A DNA stretch of 64,000 nt from Phoronis australis (GCA_002633005.1 NMRA01000005.1:1409635-1473634), one strand, 5' to 3'; positions 26,563 to 40,000 are shown, counted from the first letter of the stretch. The notes: generated by a model not told the origin, from the letters alone. Numbers and translations are program-made.

Positions 26563-26742
26563 AAACTACAAATGTTCTTATTCTAGAGACGCCTCTCTGT
26601 AGATGATACTACAAATGTTCTTATTCTAGAGACGCCTCTCTGTAGATGAATCTACAAAAAATGTTCTTATTCTAGAGACGCCTCTCTGTAGATGAAACTA
26701 CAAATGTTCTTATTCTAGAGACGCCTCTCTGTAGATGAAACT
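26563..26742. repeat. 43-bp minisatellite, 4 copies
   Basis: Unit CTACAAATGTTCTTATTCTAGAGACGCCTCTCTGTAGATGA(WW), head to tail with no spacers. Confidence 0.92.
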
Positions 26743-28604
26743 CTCAATGCGTTCAGACCTGACGGAAATAAAGAGAAGAGTATCTTTGGTTAGAACGACA
26801 ATTGAGTAGATACAAAATTATAGTATTGTGTTTTGATTTGTATGATTTGACGTTGTCGTACTACTTCTCCCTGAAGATGATTTGTTTGTAATAAACCGAA
26901 ACGTTGGATTTGGATATACCAATCTTCACGTGTGCGTTTGTGATTACTACTATTTTGGCCAAAAAGCAAGCGTTGAAATTAAACACACGGAGTTTCCTGA
27001 AAGTCATAAAGTCCGTAGATGAGAATTCAATTGAGAAAATAATTGCCTCCATGTTACTTCCCCTACGTTCAAATCAACATTAAATCACGTCTACGTTGGG
27101 GGATGCAGTTCAAACTGACATAGACAACATTTTAAAATCCCACTTCAATACCGCTATAGGTTTGATAATACAAAATAAAATACGATACGATATCTATATT
27201 TTCGCCGGAAACCCGTGATAGCCAGCCTTTCTCGAATGATGTCACGCCGCAGTCTGTGGCAATTGTAAAATAATACATGTTGTTCTTTCGTGAATTATAG
27301 TAGCTGAAACGTTTTCCGTAATCCATGTATTTAACAGGTGTGCACGATCGGCGGTGAATTCTTACCCCTTTCCGCATAGTGATCATGTACTCAGGAATCT
27401 CCTCTATCTTCCGTGAGTATTGTTTATTATTTTACCAAAGAGTTTAGAGACGATTTCTAACAGCTGATTAAGTTAAGCATAGACAGGTTTCCTCTTGTGA
27501 AGTGAATTGCGAATTTCTATTGAAAATAACAAGCGTTATAATCTTCTGGATTCTAGATAACTTCTTGTGTGCGGTACACATAGGAAATGATCAGTAAACC
27601 AATCTATTGTTTTCGTAATCAAATGAATAATCTCAAAAAAAATGTTTATTCTGAAGTACATGTATGTATGTTTGTGCAAACTAATCGCTAGTTTAGAATG
27701 ACGTCATTTCGAAGTTTTGGACCCCGTGAAATAAAATTAAAAGNGTCAAAAATAAAGCAATAACAATAACTAGGCCAGACTTACGTATTGTAAATCACCG
27801 AGGACGACTATTGTGCATTGTTGTTTAGGACACAATGACTCGTTTTAACATCAATTTTAACAACGCTCAAACGTGAAAGAGCGCGTGCTCCAAACGTTCA
27901 AAACTACTGTAGTTTGAACAGAACGCCTCGTTTTCAAGCATAGGCGAATTCATGCAAGTAGTGAATAGCCGTGCCACAGTGCACTGTTTTGTTTCAAAGA
28001 TTTGGGTGATTTGGTTGAAGATAATATCTGCTATTCGGTAAAATTAAGATTTAGACTCCTTTGGAAATTACACATGTGCTACAAGCTCTTTTCGATTTGA
28101 TCACAGAAATTACTGTTAGGCTGTAAGGCATTTCAGTAAAAATGAAGTTAAACTCACAAAGTTTGCATATTTTAACATATTTAATTAAATTTAACTTCGG
28201 AACGTATGGATATATTATCATATTTTACCGACCCAACGATCAAAGTATTTAGTTATAATAACCTTGTCTACCGTCGATAACGCTTTCACAGTCACACCCA
28301 TTGTTTTGATAAATTGAATTACGTGAACTTATTAAACATTCAGTATGTTGGCGATAGACTCAAACAGCCGTCTTACGGAAGTCGGAAAAACGACTGTAGC
28401 TGAACCGAAATTTGAATGTTAGCTGACAAGATTCGAGTTTTTGTGAAGTACCCTCCAGGAACGAAAAACGTTCAAAACGTATCAAGTGATGTCTATTTCT
28501 GACTTAACAAAGACACAGCGACGAATAAACAAGGATAGGCTCCTTCAGCACACGGATACATGGGAGTAATTTACATCGACCGACCATAACTAACAATACC
28601 ATAA

Positions 28605-28790
28605 AATACAGCACAGTACAATGCAGTACAATACAGGACAACGCAGTACAATACAGTACAATGCAGTGCAATACAGTACAATACTGTACAATACAGTACA
28701 ATACAGTGCAGTGCAGTGCAATACAGTACAATACAGTACAGTACAATACAGTGCAATACAGTAAAATACAATACAATACAATACAATAAA
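28605..28790. repeat. Pentanucleotide microsatellite (TACAA/TACAG/TGCAG)n
   Basis: About 35 tandem 5-mers. They produce the spurious Cys/Tyr-rich ORFs at 28504-28833. Confidence 0.93.
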
Positions 28791-29277
28791 AGTCACCGAC
28801 AGATATACAAACTAAAGTAAGGATGACAAACAATAGTTAGATATACGTAAAAAATAAGCTTAGAACTAAAAAGAACACGAATTGACAAAAAAACGTGATA
28901 ACTCATTTCCATCCTGGTCCGTCAAACCAGTATTTGGCACGTGTCAATCTACGACGTATAGTTCCTACAGGTTGCTGTTGAAGGTTCAGTTTAGCTTACC
29001 ATTTTGCAAGGTATCTTAAGTTACCTGTTTAATCTGGAACTCAATTAAATTAAAATGAATACATATGTAATAACATTGGGAAAGAAACAGGCACTTATCT
29101 AAAAAATCTTTATGAAACGAACACAGTGAAGAAGTAAGATTGTCTTCATTGGAAATGAATTCCCAAAAGAAGACTTGAAAATGCAGTAGTCGAATCTTTA
29201 AAATGATTCAGTTTCTTTTATATTCCACTGTTTGCATTCGGGCATTCGGCACATGGTTGAGTAACCTTTCATCCTAG

Positions 29278-32200
29278 TCAGCCCAGAGTTTCATTGGCGA
29301 CTGTAGTTTTACTCTCGAATTCACACGTCCCACTTGAAAACCCAAATTGCATCAACACCAAGAAATATGTTAGGCAAATTCCATAAACCTGGAAAAACAA
29401 AACGATGGTTACCTTTTATTGAACCCCGTACTTTAGACTTATTAAAGAAACACGTGGGAGCATCAAAATTCAAATATGACCGGGCAATAATTGTAACCAA
29501 GTCACAATTTGAAAACTTGGAACCTCGAAGCTACTATGTAAGGTTTCCTAAATATTCATTTTGACTTCCAATATGAATACAATGTAAGAATAAACATTTT
29601 CCAATTGACAAAATTCGAGCCTAACAGATAACAACTGAATACCGGCTCCGAAGCCATAAAACAAAGCTTTCGGTCAATGTTTATTTTAATTGAAGTCGCA
29701 AAGGGTTTCTTTTTAAAAAATCACGTTAAATATTTTTGTAACGTGGGGAAAAGTTGGCTGAAGTGAAATTACCGTTAGCAACAGAGGTTTGTCAACCACA
29801 AAATAATCCCACGCGGAGACGCCACCTGACGGCACCGAAAGCTTATTCAGAAACAGCTGTAACTCCGCAAGTTGTGATGACGTCATCTCAGTGAATGATT
29901 CCATGTCGTGGAGTATCGACAATACTTCTTGGGCCTAGAATGTAAAACCCAAATGCGTAAATATCCAGCTTCAGGCAGTTTTAAACGGTTTAGCTTCCCA
30001 ATGAGCAGAAGTGTTTCATGAGCAGGTGAGTCCCATGAACACACAAATGTGTTTATTTAAAGCTTTCTTCCTAATGACAATATATTGAAAACAAATTGTT
30101 CTTTGGCCAGGTGTATTAGCTCCGATAGTTGCATATGATCAGGTTGCCATCATACACATTTCAATGTACTGCATATGCATATGAATTCTAAAAGTTTAAA
30201 GTGTTTTATTGAGCTATTTAAGTACAGGAACCTATACAAATATCTACTAGGACAATGACATCACAGAAGGCACGTGAGAATCCATTTCGTTTTGTACGTG
30301 TTTGTTAAAGGCGAAGGCAACCTTTTTTCGTGTCACTTTTAGCAAAAATAAGGTTCGTTGATTATCCCAGACACATTTTTTCACTTAATTACAGCTTTTC
30401 GTAATTTGATTTATTTATCGTCCTCTACTCCGGAAGTGATGTTTTGGGAGGCAAGAGTTTCGCGCCAATTTCTTTTCATTATAGTCTGACTGTGAGAGCT
30501 GTCGAGTCAGTCATTGTTCTACCTCGGTTGTGATAAGGTTGGTCGTCGTTTGCTTTTGTTTACAAGTCAGTTAACATGCCACGTTGTTGCTGCGTGCTGG
30601 GATGTACTCATTATCGTCTCACACGCGCTTTGGGTACCTTGCGTCGCTTTCCGAAGGATGACACACTTCGCCGTACTTGGCAAGTCGTTCATGTGAAGAA
30701 CGCAGCGCTAACCGTCCACGCAAATGAATGAAGGGTTACCGAGTGTGTGGCAAGCATTTTCTGCCGTCAGATTATGACAGATATGTACGCTGAATTGACG
30801 AAGGTCCCTGCGAAACAACGCCTGAAGAAGGGTACCATACCGTCGCTGTTGATTCCCGGCAGTGCCCCGTCGCCAACCCCGAGAAGTGCGTTTTTGAAGC
30901 GATTAGCCTCACGAGCTGTGGCCACTATATACAGTGACTGGAGGCACTTCATCTACTGTCACCCGTACCTCCGAACGTACCCCATTGCGTGCAATTCCAG
31001 GAACTAGCAGTGATGGGCCCTGTTACGTGCTGTTGTCTCTAGCCCAGAGCCTGTAAGCAGCCCTGCAGCGATGTTGAGAAGTGGGAGTGAATACAGGCCC
31101 AGTTGGACACCCAATGAAGAGGACAGTTCGTCATCCAATGTACAGATCGGTGAGCCAAAGTTTGATAAGTTTATTGTGGACTTGTATTGGAGCTCTTTGG
31201 AAGGAGCCAAGTGTGTGGCGAGGGAGTCACACGGCGGGATGTAAGCAGTTTGGGTGCTCAGATCACCCTCCAGTGGGAGTGTGTCGTGGGATACTCGGGC
31301 AAGTGGAGCAGTTCTTCCTCCAATAGTGAGACGATAATGAGTGCACCCCAGTACGCAGCAACAGCGTGGCATGTTGACTGACCCGTAAGCAAAAGCAAAC
31401 GACGACCGAACTTATCACAACCGAGGTAGAACAATGACTGACTCTACAGCTCTTACAGTCAGACTAAAATGAAAAGAAATTGGCGCGAAATTCTTGCCTC
31501 CCAAAACGTCACTTCCGGAGTAGACGACGAGTAATTAATTAAATTACGAAAAGCCGTAAATAAGTGAAAATATGTCTGGGATAATCAACGAACCTTATTT
31601 TTGCTAAAAATGACATGAAAAAAGGTTGCCTTCGCCTTTAAAATGTGTAGAAAGTATAAAATGGTGTTTGAATCTCTAATGTAAAAACTATACTCCTTTG
31701 TGCTACGCTCATCAGAATAATTTTGTATAATTTAATGAAACAACTTTGTTAGGCGCAGTTTACCTTTGCATTAGCGGACGCTCCGACTAGGATTACTACA
31801 GAAGTAATGAGTAGGCCACCAATTATCCAGTACATGTACGTTGCAAAGAAGAGATCGTTCGCTCTTGCGCAAGCGAAAGTGGCGAGAAGATAGATCATGC
31901 TGATGATAAGAGCGGTGTTCATCACCAGATTTACTGCGATGTATGGAGAGAAAATAACACCGAGTTCGTCTATCAGTTTGCAAACGTGGCCGTGTAGTTT
32001 TCTGTAGTAACAGATATTTGGATAAAATGTGCTATCCTCGACCACCCTTCTCAGTTCAGAAATGAACTCGTCCATACACATGTTGGTCAAAGAAACCATA
32101 AGGATATACAAAAAGGTTGGTGCAAGCCATGCAGCACTGTTGTAGGAGTTTGGAATTATGAAAATTATCTTGAATGCCTTTAGCCCCGGGTCACCGTGTT

Positions 32201-32744
32201 TCAACGGAGCAAAAAGAAGATCATGGTGCGGCGTCGCAATCTGCACAGTACTGTTAAATGCTACGTTCAAAACACTAAAAGCGACGAACACTGCCGTTAC
32301 GACGTAACATTTTCTTTGCATCCGCACTAGTGAGACTTTCCCTATGTTCCAACAGCTGACCAACTTCCTGACAGAATCGAAAAACCGCGGGAGCTTAGAC
32401 CACTGATGAAAAATGAGGAAATGGAGGATCGCGTGACAAGCACAGAGGAAAAGCCATATTAAGCTGGTGGCCGCGCTGAAAAAGACGTATTCCATTCTTG
32501 GTATTTGTGTCAGAATCCACACTTGTCTAACACATAAGGAAACTGGTACGGCGCATACCAAGAGCTGATAGAAAGAGCTTGGTCGCCATATTATGGAGAA
32601 TCGTCGTCTTCCCTCGTTTTCGAAATGGACATTCCTCTCTAAAGTGTCTGATTGAGCCAATCCGAACAACTTAAGCGTGACCAGATAAGGTTGAAACACT
32701 TTTTGAACCAGAACCTCTTGACTGCCTGTTGCAGACATGTCCAT
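29278..32744 (-). CDS. Gustatory receptor-like (7tm_7 chemoreceptor family) protein, copy B, about 417 aa, 3 exons
   Basis: Exons 32744-31764, 29934-29773 and 29388-29278. Exons 2 and 3 have the same sizes (162 and 111 nt) and phases as in copy A. The C-terminus is VYGICLTYFLVLMQFGFSSGTCEF. The sequence aligns with copy A throughout (e.g. YNSAAWxAPTFLYILMVSLTNMCMDEFISEL). Confidence 0.88.
30309..31637 (+). mobile_element. Kolobok-like THAP transposon derivative with about 310-bp TIRs, in intron 1 of GRL copy B
   Basis: TTAA TSDs at 30305-30308 and 31638-31641; termini AGGCGAAGGCAACC and GGTTGCCTTCGCCT. The broken THAP ORF from 30576 reads MPRCCCVLGC...RRFPKD...W... then, across frameshifts, YRVCGKHFLPSDY and QRLKKGTIPSL. 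Confidence 0.8.
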
Positions 32745-34073
32745 CTTGTTGAAAAGTTAACTTCGAGAAAACTAGTTGTAGATTAGTTAACTACCGTTTA
32801 GCGCCCGATCAACTGAAAAATAACGATATAATGCAAGATCTTGATCGTACTGGTGAAAAATAACTATTTGCTCACCTTTAAAAAATCAATGAGGTATAAG
32901 ATCAAGTAGCTGTCCATATGAATACGTTTTACCGCATATAAACCCCACTTGAAACTATAATGGGTTTACACTATTGTTCTTCATAACGTAACCGTTAGCG
33001 CATCTATGCGTAATTAAACCCGACACCAAAAAACTAATATGGTATACCGCGCGTGGCCATATTTTTAGTGCAAAATGGCATCGCAGTCAATACTTGAAGA
33101 AGAGAATTTAAAAATGGGGTAAACCCGTATTATCTGACATTTTATTTATCGCGTATTATTTTCAAAAGTGGCCATGGGATAAAATCGTGTAGGGTTGTAC
33201 TGAAATCTATGACCTGAAGATCTTTTCCTACGTGGTGCGTTGGTCCTTCTGAGATTGAACGGATGAATGCCACGTGTTTAAGCGTAGTCATTTGGACCAA
33301 AACTGCCAACTGCTTACTCTGTTATTAACCTGCCGGTGTTTTTTAGTACGCGCGTATTTGCGCATATGCGAAGTCACACCATCGATGTTCTGTGTTTGAC
33401 CAGAGTGCATTTTCGTCATATTACATCTTTCTTTGAGCAGAGAAACTAGGATTTCAACCTAGTCTCAAAGACAATGAGATTGGATGTTTATTTGAAAACG
33501 TGATAAAGACAAAGAAAGTCTTGTAAACCACCCTGTTATAAATACCGGTGCAAAGATTCCAATAATATTCAGTGTTGGAAGTTCAATTTATGAACCGAGT
33601 TCCGTGGTCATAATTTAAGTTATGTTTGGCATTAAGTCACTACCTCCCAAAATGACACCTCAGTTTAAATTGATACACATTTTTATATATCTATTTCAAG
33701 TTATATTTTTGGAAAAAAATCCGTCTTACCTAAGAATTGAGTGAATTTCCTTTATTGCGCAACACTTTCCAAATTCGCCGTGGGGTGGAATAGTACAGGG
33801 ATGAGGTATAGTTTCTTAAATAGTACTTAATTCTTTTTTTCAAATCAGCGACTTCCTTTTTTATTTTTGTCCCTGAAGTCATAGAGTTTGAAACAACAAA
33901 TTGCTGTGCCAAGTGGTAAGGGGGGTTGAAATCTATTTTAGAGATCTCTCGTCGCAAGCGGCTCGCTGTTCTCATGCGTTATGCTGGCAATTGGTCCGTG
34001 ATTTTCACACACTAGTTGAGGGTCGTGCTATGCACGATATTACAGAAGCAATCGTCTGATTTCAGTAATATGG

Positions 34074-37000
34074 ATGCTAGTCGCCATTGTCGACACCGCT
34101 TATTTGGAGAGAATGAGGCGGACTGAAACAAAAACTGGTTTGGACGATCAATCTTCTCTTGAAAGATACTTGGGCTTGGGTGAGACAGAATGGCTAGAAG
34201 CAGTCTCTGAGTTTAAAACAGTCAACGGAACAAAGGTTTGTTTTCAACTAAATTCTCCTTAGCTTCTATACCTCTCGTTTTCTTATCCATCGCTATCTCT
34301 TTCTTCCTCATCGTCATCATCTTCTTATCTTTATTCTTCTTATTCGTCCTCCTCCTCATATTCTTTTTCGTTTTTCCTTCTTCCCTTTCGGAAATATTCC
34401 ACCACTTTCAATGTTTTTCTTGATGTTTTTAAATTAGCAACATTTAAATTAAGATACAACCTGTCTTAGTTACCGATGTATTTGTCTGACACTTGTAAAC
34501 GCAGATCGAGCTGACTATTCTTTAACTTTGGCTGCCATCGCTTAAAAGCCAAGGGGTCACCGTAAAATTTCCGTCCTGACTTCAGGATTTAAAAAAATCT
34601 TTATAATTCGACTGGTTAGCGATCCTAATTAAATATAATGCAGTCGATGAGGCGTAGCTGACTGATTGTCTTTTAAGGTTTTGTAGAACTCTTGAAAATG
34701 TTAAAATTCAGAGGGAACTTTCAGGTATTATGCTTTATGAAACGTTCTATTAAACACTGCTAGGAATTGTTTTTAAAATGTTCTATTTTTCTATGAGGAA
34801 CTATCAAAAATAGGACGCACATAATTTTTGTGAAAAAATAACTTTAAAGTTGCATAAATCTACATGTCTAGAGTGCATTCAACCAAATTTCTACGAAATA
34901 AAGATTTCAACTCAACAAAAGTACATATTTACCGAGATCAGAAAGCATCAGAATTTGATTTTTTAAATTTATTCCAATCTGTCTTTGACTGGGTAACATG
35001 ATCATGCCGTTTTAATAAAATTCAATAAAAAGGCACAATCGTAGCAAAACAACGGTATTAATAACATGACCAAATTTCCTTTGATATAAAAGTGTTAAAA
35101 ATGAATATCTTACAGGTTTCTAAGTTATCATTTCGTTTTCTTTTCTATGTAACGTTTCAATATTTTCATAAAAACGATAAAAGTCCCATTTTCGATTGAC
35201 CCTCATGCAAAAAGGACCAATTTCAAATCACGTGTGGGAGAACAGTGTATACGGAATAGCACCTGAAATTTTCATGTGAATCCGGACTGTTACTTCTGAA
35301 ATTTGATGCTCCCAATTTTTAACATAACGTTAACGTCAGCGGTAGAAATGCTTGGAGGTGACATCGTTCATCCATCTGTGTAAGCTTCAACGAATGACAA
35401 ATCTGTGTCATATTTCAAAATTTACGGCAAAATTCAGCACCTACAAATTTGTTGTGTTAAAATGTCACGTGATTCCGGTATCGAACTTACTTTAAAATTA
35501 AGGATTTTTACCTAAATATACTAATAGAAATCTTTTATACAGGTCAAGTTCAGACACGTGTACAGAGGCATCAAAGTTTATGGCGCGTCAGTTGTCGCCG
35601 GTAAACTATATGGAAAATCGTACAACGGATGGGCGTACGGCAATCTAGCGAGAAAAATCCACGAAAATCTCAATTTGTCTGGTAAAGTAACCAGCGATAG
35701 TGCTTTGAACGAAACTGAATACTTTCATATAACTAACCTCCGAGGACGGATTTTTATTTGAATAATTAACTTACGGTTTCTGGAAGTACAGAATTTGCTT
35801 AGTAACTTTCAATACGAATAGGCTCTACTCGCTTGATGACAACAAGACGTTCAATGTTACATTTCACCCTGTTCAATTCGCTATAAAACGAAAGTCGAAT
35901 TCGGCCATTTATTCAAATAAAGCAGTCTCATATTTCATGCCGGTTTACCAACAAAACTTCGAAACGATCAGCGACTCGAGAAAACGCTTCAGAGTTTATT
36001 GAGGTTGGACACGTGAACCCCTAAATTTGCGAATTCGAAAATGACGCACGAACGAATTGCCCGTGACTTGAGTTGGTAACGAAACTGGAATCCCATCGCA
36101 GTAAGGAATATTATGAGACCGATTTTTATGAGTGTATAAGGCCTAATTTGATGTTCGTGTTTAACTAGCTATACAAGACAAACGCGGCTTTTACAAGTCT
36201 ATCTGATAACACCGATATACAGCGTAGCCTGCATATTGTGCGGATAGCTGGTATTTACGTAAAATATCGCCAACATTTCAATACCTTTCAGTTAACATCA
36301 TTTCTAAAATCTATTGGTCCATTTAAACCAACCACGAGCAGACTGCATCCCAGCTGGCTGAGTTCAATGATGGCAGCCGCCTGCTCGAAGCCGGTATTAT
36401 TTATGGCCATGCTGCGAAGAGTCACAAGAAGGGCCGTGCCCGAGTGCTGTCTAATCAAATGCTTACAGGCAACGTCAGCCCTGGAGTTCTGCGCCTTCTG
36501 CTGTCACGGGGATGGTCTGGGGAGGGGATTAATGCACCAGCATATCCCCAATGATCCTGTCCGTGACAGGTATTACAGGTATTACAGGTATTACCAACCT
36601 CTATCCAATTTCCATTGGCACGACATTTCGGTCGGCCATTCTCCGGCCATCTTCAGGTGTTAAAGTGTTCTTAAAAGAACGAGCACTGTACACTCATAAT
36701 GGTCAATGATGAGCAGTTTTTACTATTTTTTTCTCGTCTGAAACAGGGTTTGAACCGGGCACCTTGAGTTTGTCAATCCAGTACTTTTTAAAACCACTGC
36801 ACCATCGAGTTATGTACTGGTTAGAATTCCTGGCTAACAATCTAAGGATCCCAGGTTCAAACTCAGCTTGAGCAAAGAGAACAATTTAAAAGTGCTCATT
36901 ATTGACGACCATGAGTTTACCATACACCTGCGCTCGTTCTTCTAAGAACACTGTAACACCTAGAAATAACATGAGAAATGACCTACCGAACAATCATCCT

Positions 37001-40000
37001 GATATAAATAAACTAGAGTTTGGTGTAAATAGACCAATAAATTTTAGAAATGATTTTACATAGCTAGCTCAAAGCGATTTTAGGAAGGCTTTTCAGTTAA
37101 ATTATTTCCACCATATGTATCTGAAACAGAGTACGATGCCATGGATTGGCAATTCAGCGAGAAAGGCTCAGAAGAGTCTATGACGGCGTGCTTCATACAC
37201 AACTCGCATAACGTTAGCCCCTACGATAACTACAGAAGAAATGAAAAGGCAGAATTATTCATATACGTCGGTACGTATGAAGCTATGTTGTATTTCAATG
37301 CACTACCACTATTATATTTTCATGGGTTTTTGTATAAACCATAACCTATGAATTGTGTACCTCGTTAGGCCTTTATCCCCGACTGACGTACCGAAAGACA
37401 ATGTACCAAAAATTGTCCAGTATATCCCAAGAAATTTTTGTCTTGATGTATTGTTCGCTCTTAGTCGCCAGCAACTTTAAGACCGTCCCCAACCGTGATT
37501 AGTTTCGCACCCATATCCTCAATGAGATCATTTAGGTTTTACTGCCGTGGCCCATTCACAGCCCTCCATCCCACCTCTCGTCAGTGTATCGCCAAGGAAT
37601 TATTTGTTCATTGAATACGTTTAGTTTTTCCAAACAATTATTTAAATCAACAATTTACTAATCCCGTCTGTGTAATTATTTTCCCCAAAAGGCAAACCCA
37701 GTGAGCCATCTGAGGTCAGTGCGCGCCTGATGTATCTTGTGTCGTACTTAGTGGAGATGACGACACCATCTGGCGAGTACGTGTCACGACCGATGTGTAA
37801 AGTGGACGCCAAAACGCAGGGGGTCTTGCAATCGTGGGAAGGCTTGGCTACGGCTGCCATTAGAACCTCCCGAGAAGCCGTCGACGTACATACCGCTGCT
37901 GGTGGAAACCCAAAGGTAACCTTCAGATCACCGGCACCAGTGGGAATGAGGCTTTAAGTCAGCAGACCGATGAAGTCCTTCCACGACTTCACGGTCAAAA
38001 GATGTCTATGACATCTCACTACTCTTCCTGTAATGAACAGTAAAATAACATGAAATTGTCTTCAATTGCGATCACTCCGAGTGATTTCGTGGCTAAAAGG
38101 GCAATTTTCGAAGGGAAGATGTTCGCGTAACCTCTAAAAACGGCATGCTGGCGGCGTTTTGTTCTTGGTAGAGTCCGGAGATGGCTATCGTCCTAAATTC
38201 GCCTAGTATAAGATGTGCCCTGGAGTGCATGCCAATTATTTGGTGAAACATTCCCCGACTATGTCTCTTATCTTAGTCTTATAACACACCCGTGCATCAC
38301 AGCCCAAGGGTGAGAGTGAACTGCGCCCTATTGGTTATACTCATTAGCTAACATGTAATACGGTATATTGTTAGCAACGTGCTCCTCTTGTTGTAGGCTG
38401 GTGTGCACAAATTTGATGGGATACTGCTACCAAAGCTTTCGGCTATTACGACAGTAGAGGGCGCTAACTGCAAATATTCAAGCACAAAGGTAATAAGTAT
38501 AAACATGAAAGAAGGAGTTGAAAACGGCGAGGTTTATTCAGCCAAATGTTCAGACGAGTCTACCAGCAAGAAAATCAACGGAAACCCTGGCGTGTTCAAC
38601 GACGCTCAATATTATGGTGGTGTCGCTGTTGATGCACTGACGGACATTTTCGGAAAGAATCCTTTCAGAGGCCCAGTGAAGCTCCGTGTGCACTACGGCA
38701 AGCGCTACGAGAATGCATTCTGGGACGGAGAAACAGCCACTTTTGGGGATGGTGGAAACAGATTATACCCATTGGTTGGCCTTAATGTCATAGGACATGA
38801 ACTTACGCATGGCTTGACGGAGAAGCACTCTGGATTAGAGAGTCATGGTCAATCGGGCGCCATAAGTGAAGCAATTTCCGACATGGCTGGTGAAGCAATT
38901 GAATACTACCACCACAAGGAGAACGATTTCCTCGTTGGAAGCGAAGTGTACAAGCAACGTGGCGCTGCAGTGCGGTACATGTGCCAACCGGAAAGAGATG
39001 GAAAATCTATCAGCCACGCCAATGACTACTATCCAACCATGCATCTCCACAAAGCAAGTGGAGTGCTCAACAAAGCTTTCTGTTTGTTGGCGAAGAGCAC
39101 TGGTTTCTCAGCGAAGTTGGCGTTTCGCATTTTTGCTCAAGCTAACCAAAACTATTTCGGACCAATGACAACGTTCGGTGATTGCGCGTGCGGTGTAGAA
39201 AACGCGGCAGCTGATGAAGGCGTAGACCTTACTGTCGTAAAACATGCACTCCAAAGCGTAGGTCTGTGCTGCGGGTGTACAGGTGTCAACGGCTTGCCTA
39301 ATAGTGGAAACGACGTATCTCAACACATGCATTTTGATTACCCTACGTCAGCCAACATCGACGCAAACTCACAAGAATCGGACCAAAACGGAGCAAGCAA
39401 ATCACTATTCGTTGACAGGGATCAAACTCCATACGGATCACAGCACAAAAAGGAGTCATTCGACCCATCACCAGTGAACACTAAACCCGATCCCTCGGGA
39501 TCAGACAAAAATGAACCAGTAAAGCCATCGCCAATAAACACTACCCCGGATCCGTCACGATCTCATAAAAAAGAACAATGGGTTAAGCCACATCCGCCAG
39601 GATCAGATCAGAATCCAGAACCTGTCAACCCTACGTCAGTCAACACTAACCCTAATGCCTCAGAATCAGACAAAAATGTACCGGTCAAGCCACTACCAGG
39701 AAACACTAACACATATCCACCAGGATCAGATAAAAAAGAACAATGGGTTAAGCCACATCTGTCAGGATCAGATCAGAATCCAGAACCTGTCAACCCTACG
39801 TCAGTCAACACTAACCCTAATCCCTCAGACTCAGACAAAAATATACCGGTCAAGCCACTACCAGGAAACACTAACACATATCCGCCAGGATCAGATAAAA
39901 AAGAACAGTGGGTTAAGCCACATCTGTCAGGATCAGATCAGAATCCAGACCATGTCAACCCTCAGACAGTCAACACTAGCCCTTATCCAACAGGATCAGA

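Noticed and set aside
26563-26742. CRISPR-like array (palindromic repeats of about 40 bp)
   Set aside because: The repeats are contiguous with no unique spacers, there are no cas genes, and the context is eukaryotic.
28504-28833. Cys/Tyr-rich ORFs resembling a metallothionein or keratin-associated protein
   Set aside because: These are translations of a pentanucleotide microsatellite.
34262-34390. Hydrophobic or acidic ORF from a (CTT)-rich tract
   Set aside because: It is low-complexity polypyrimidine sequence in intron 1 of the protease gene.
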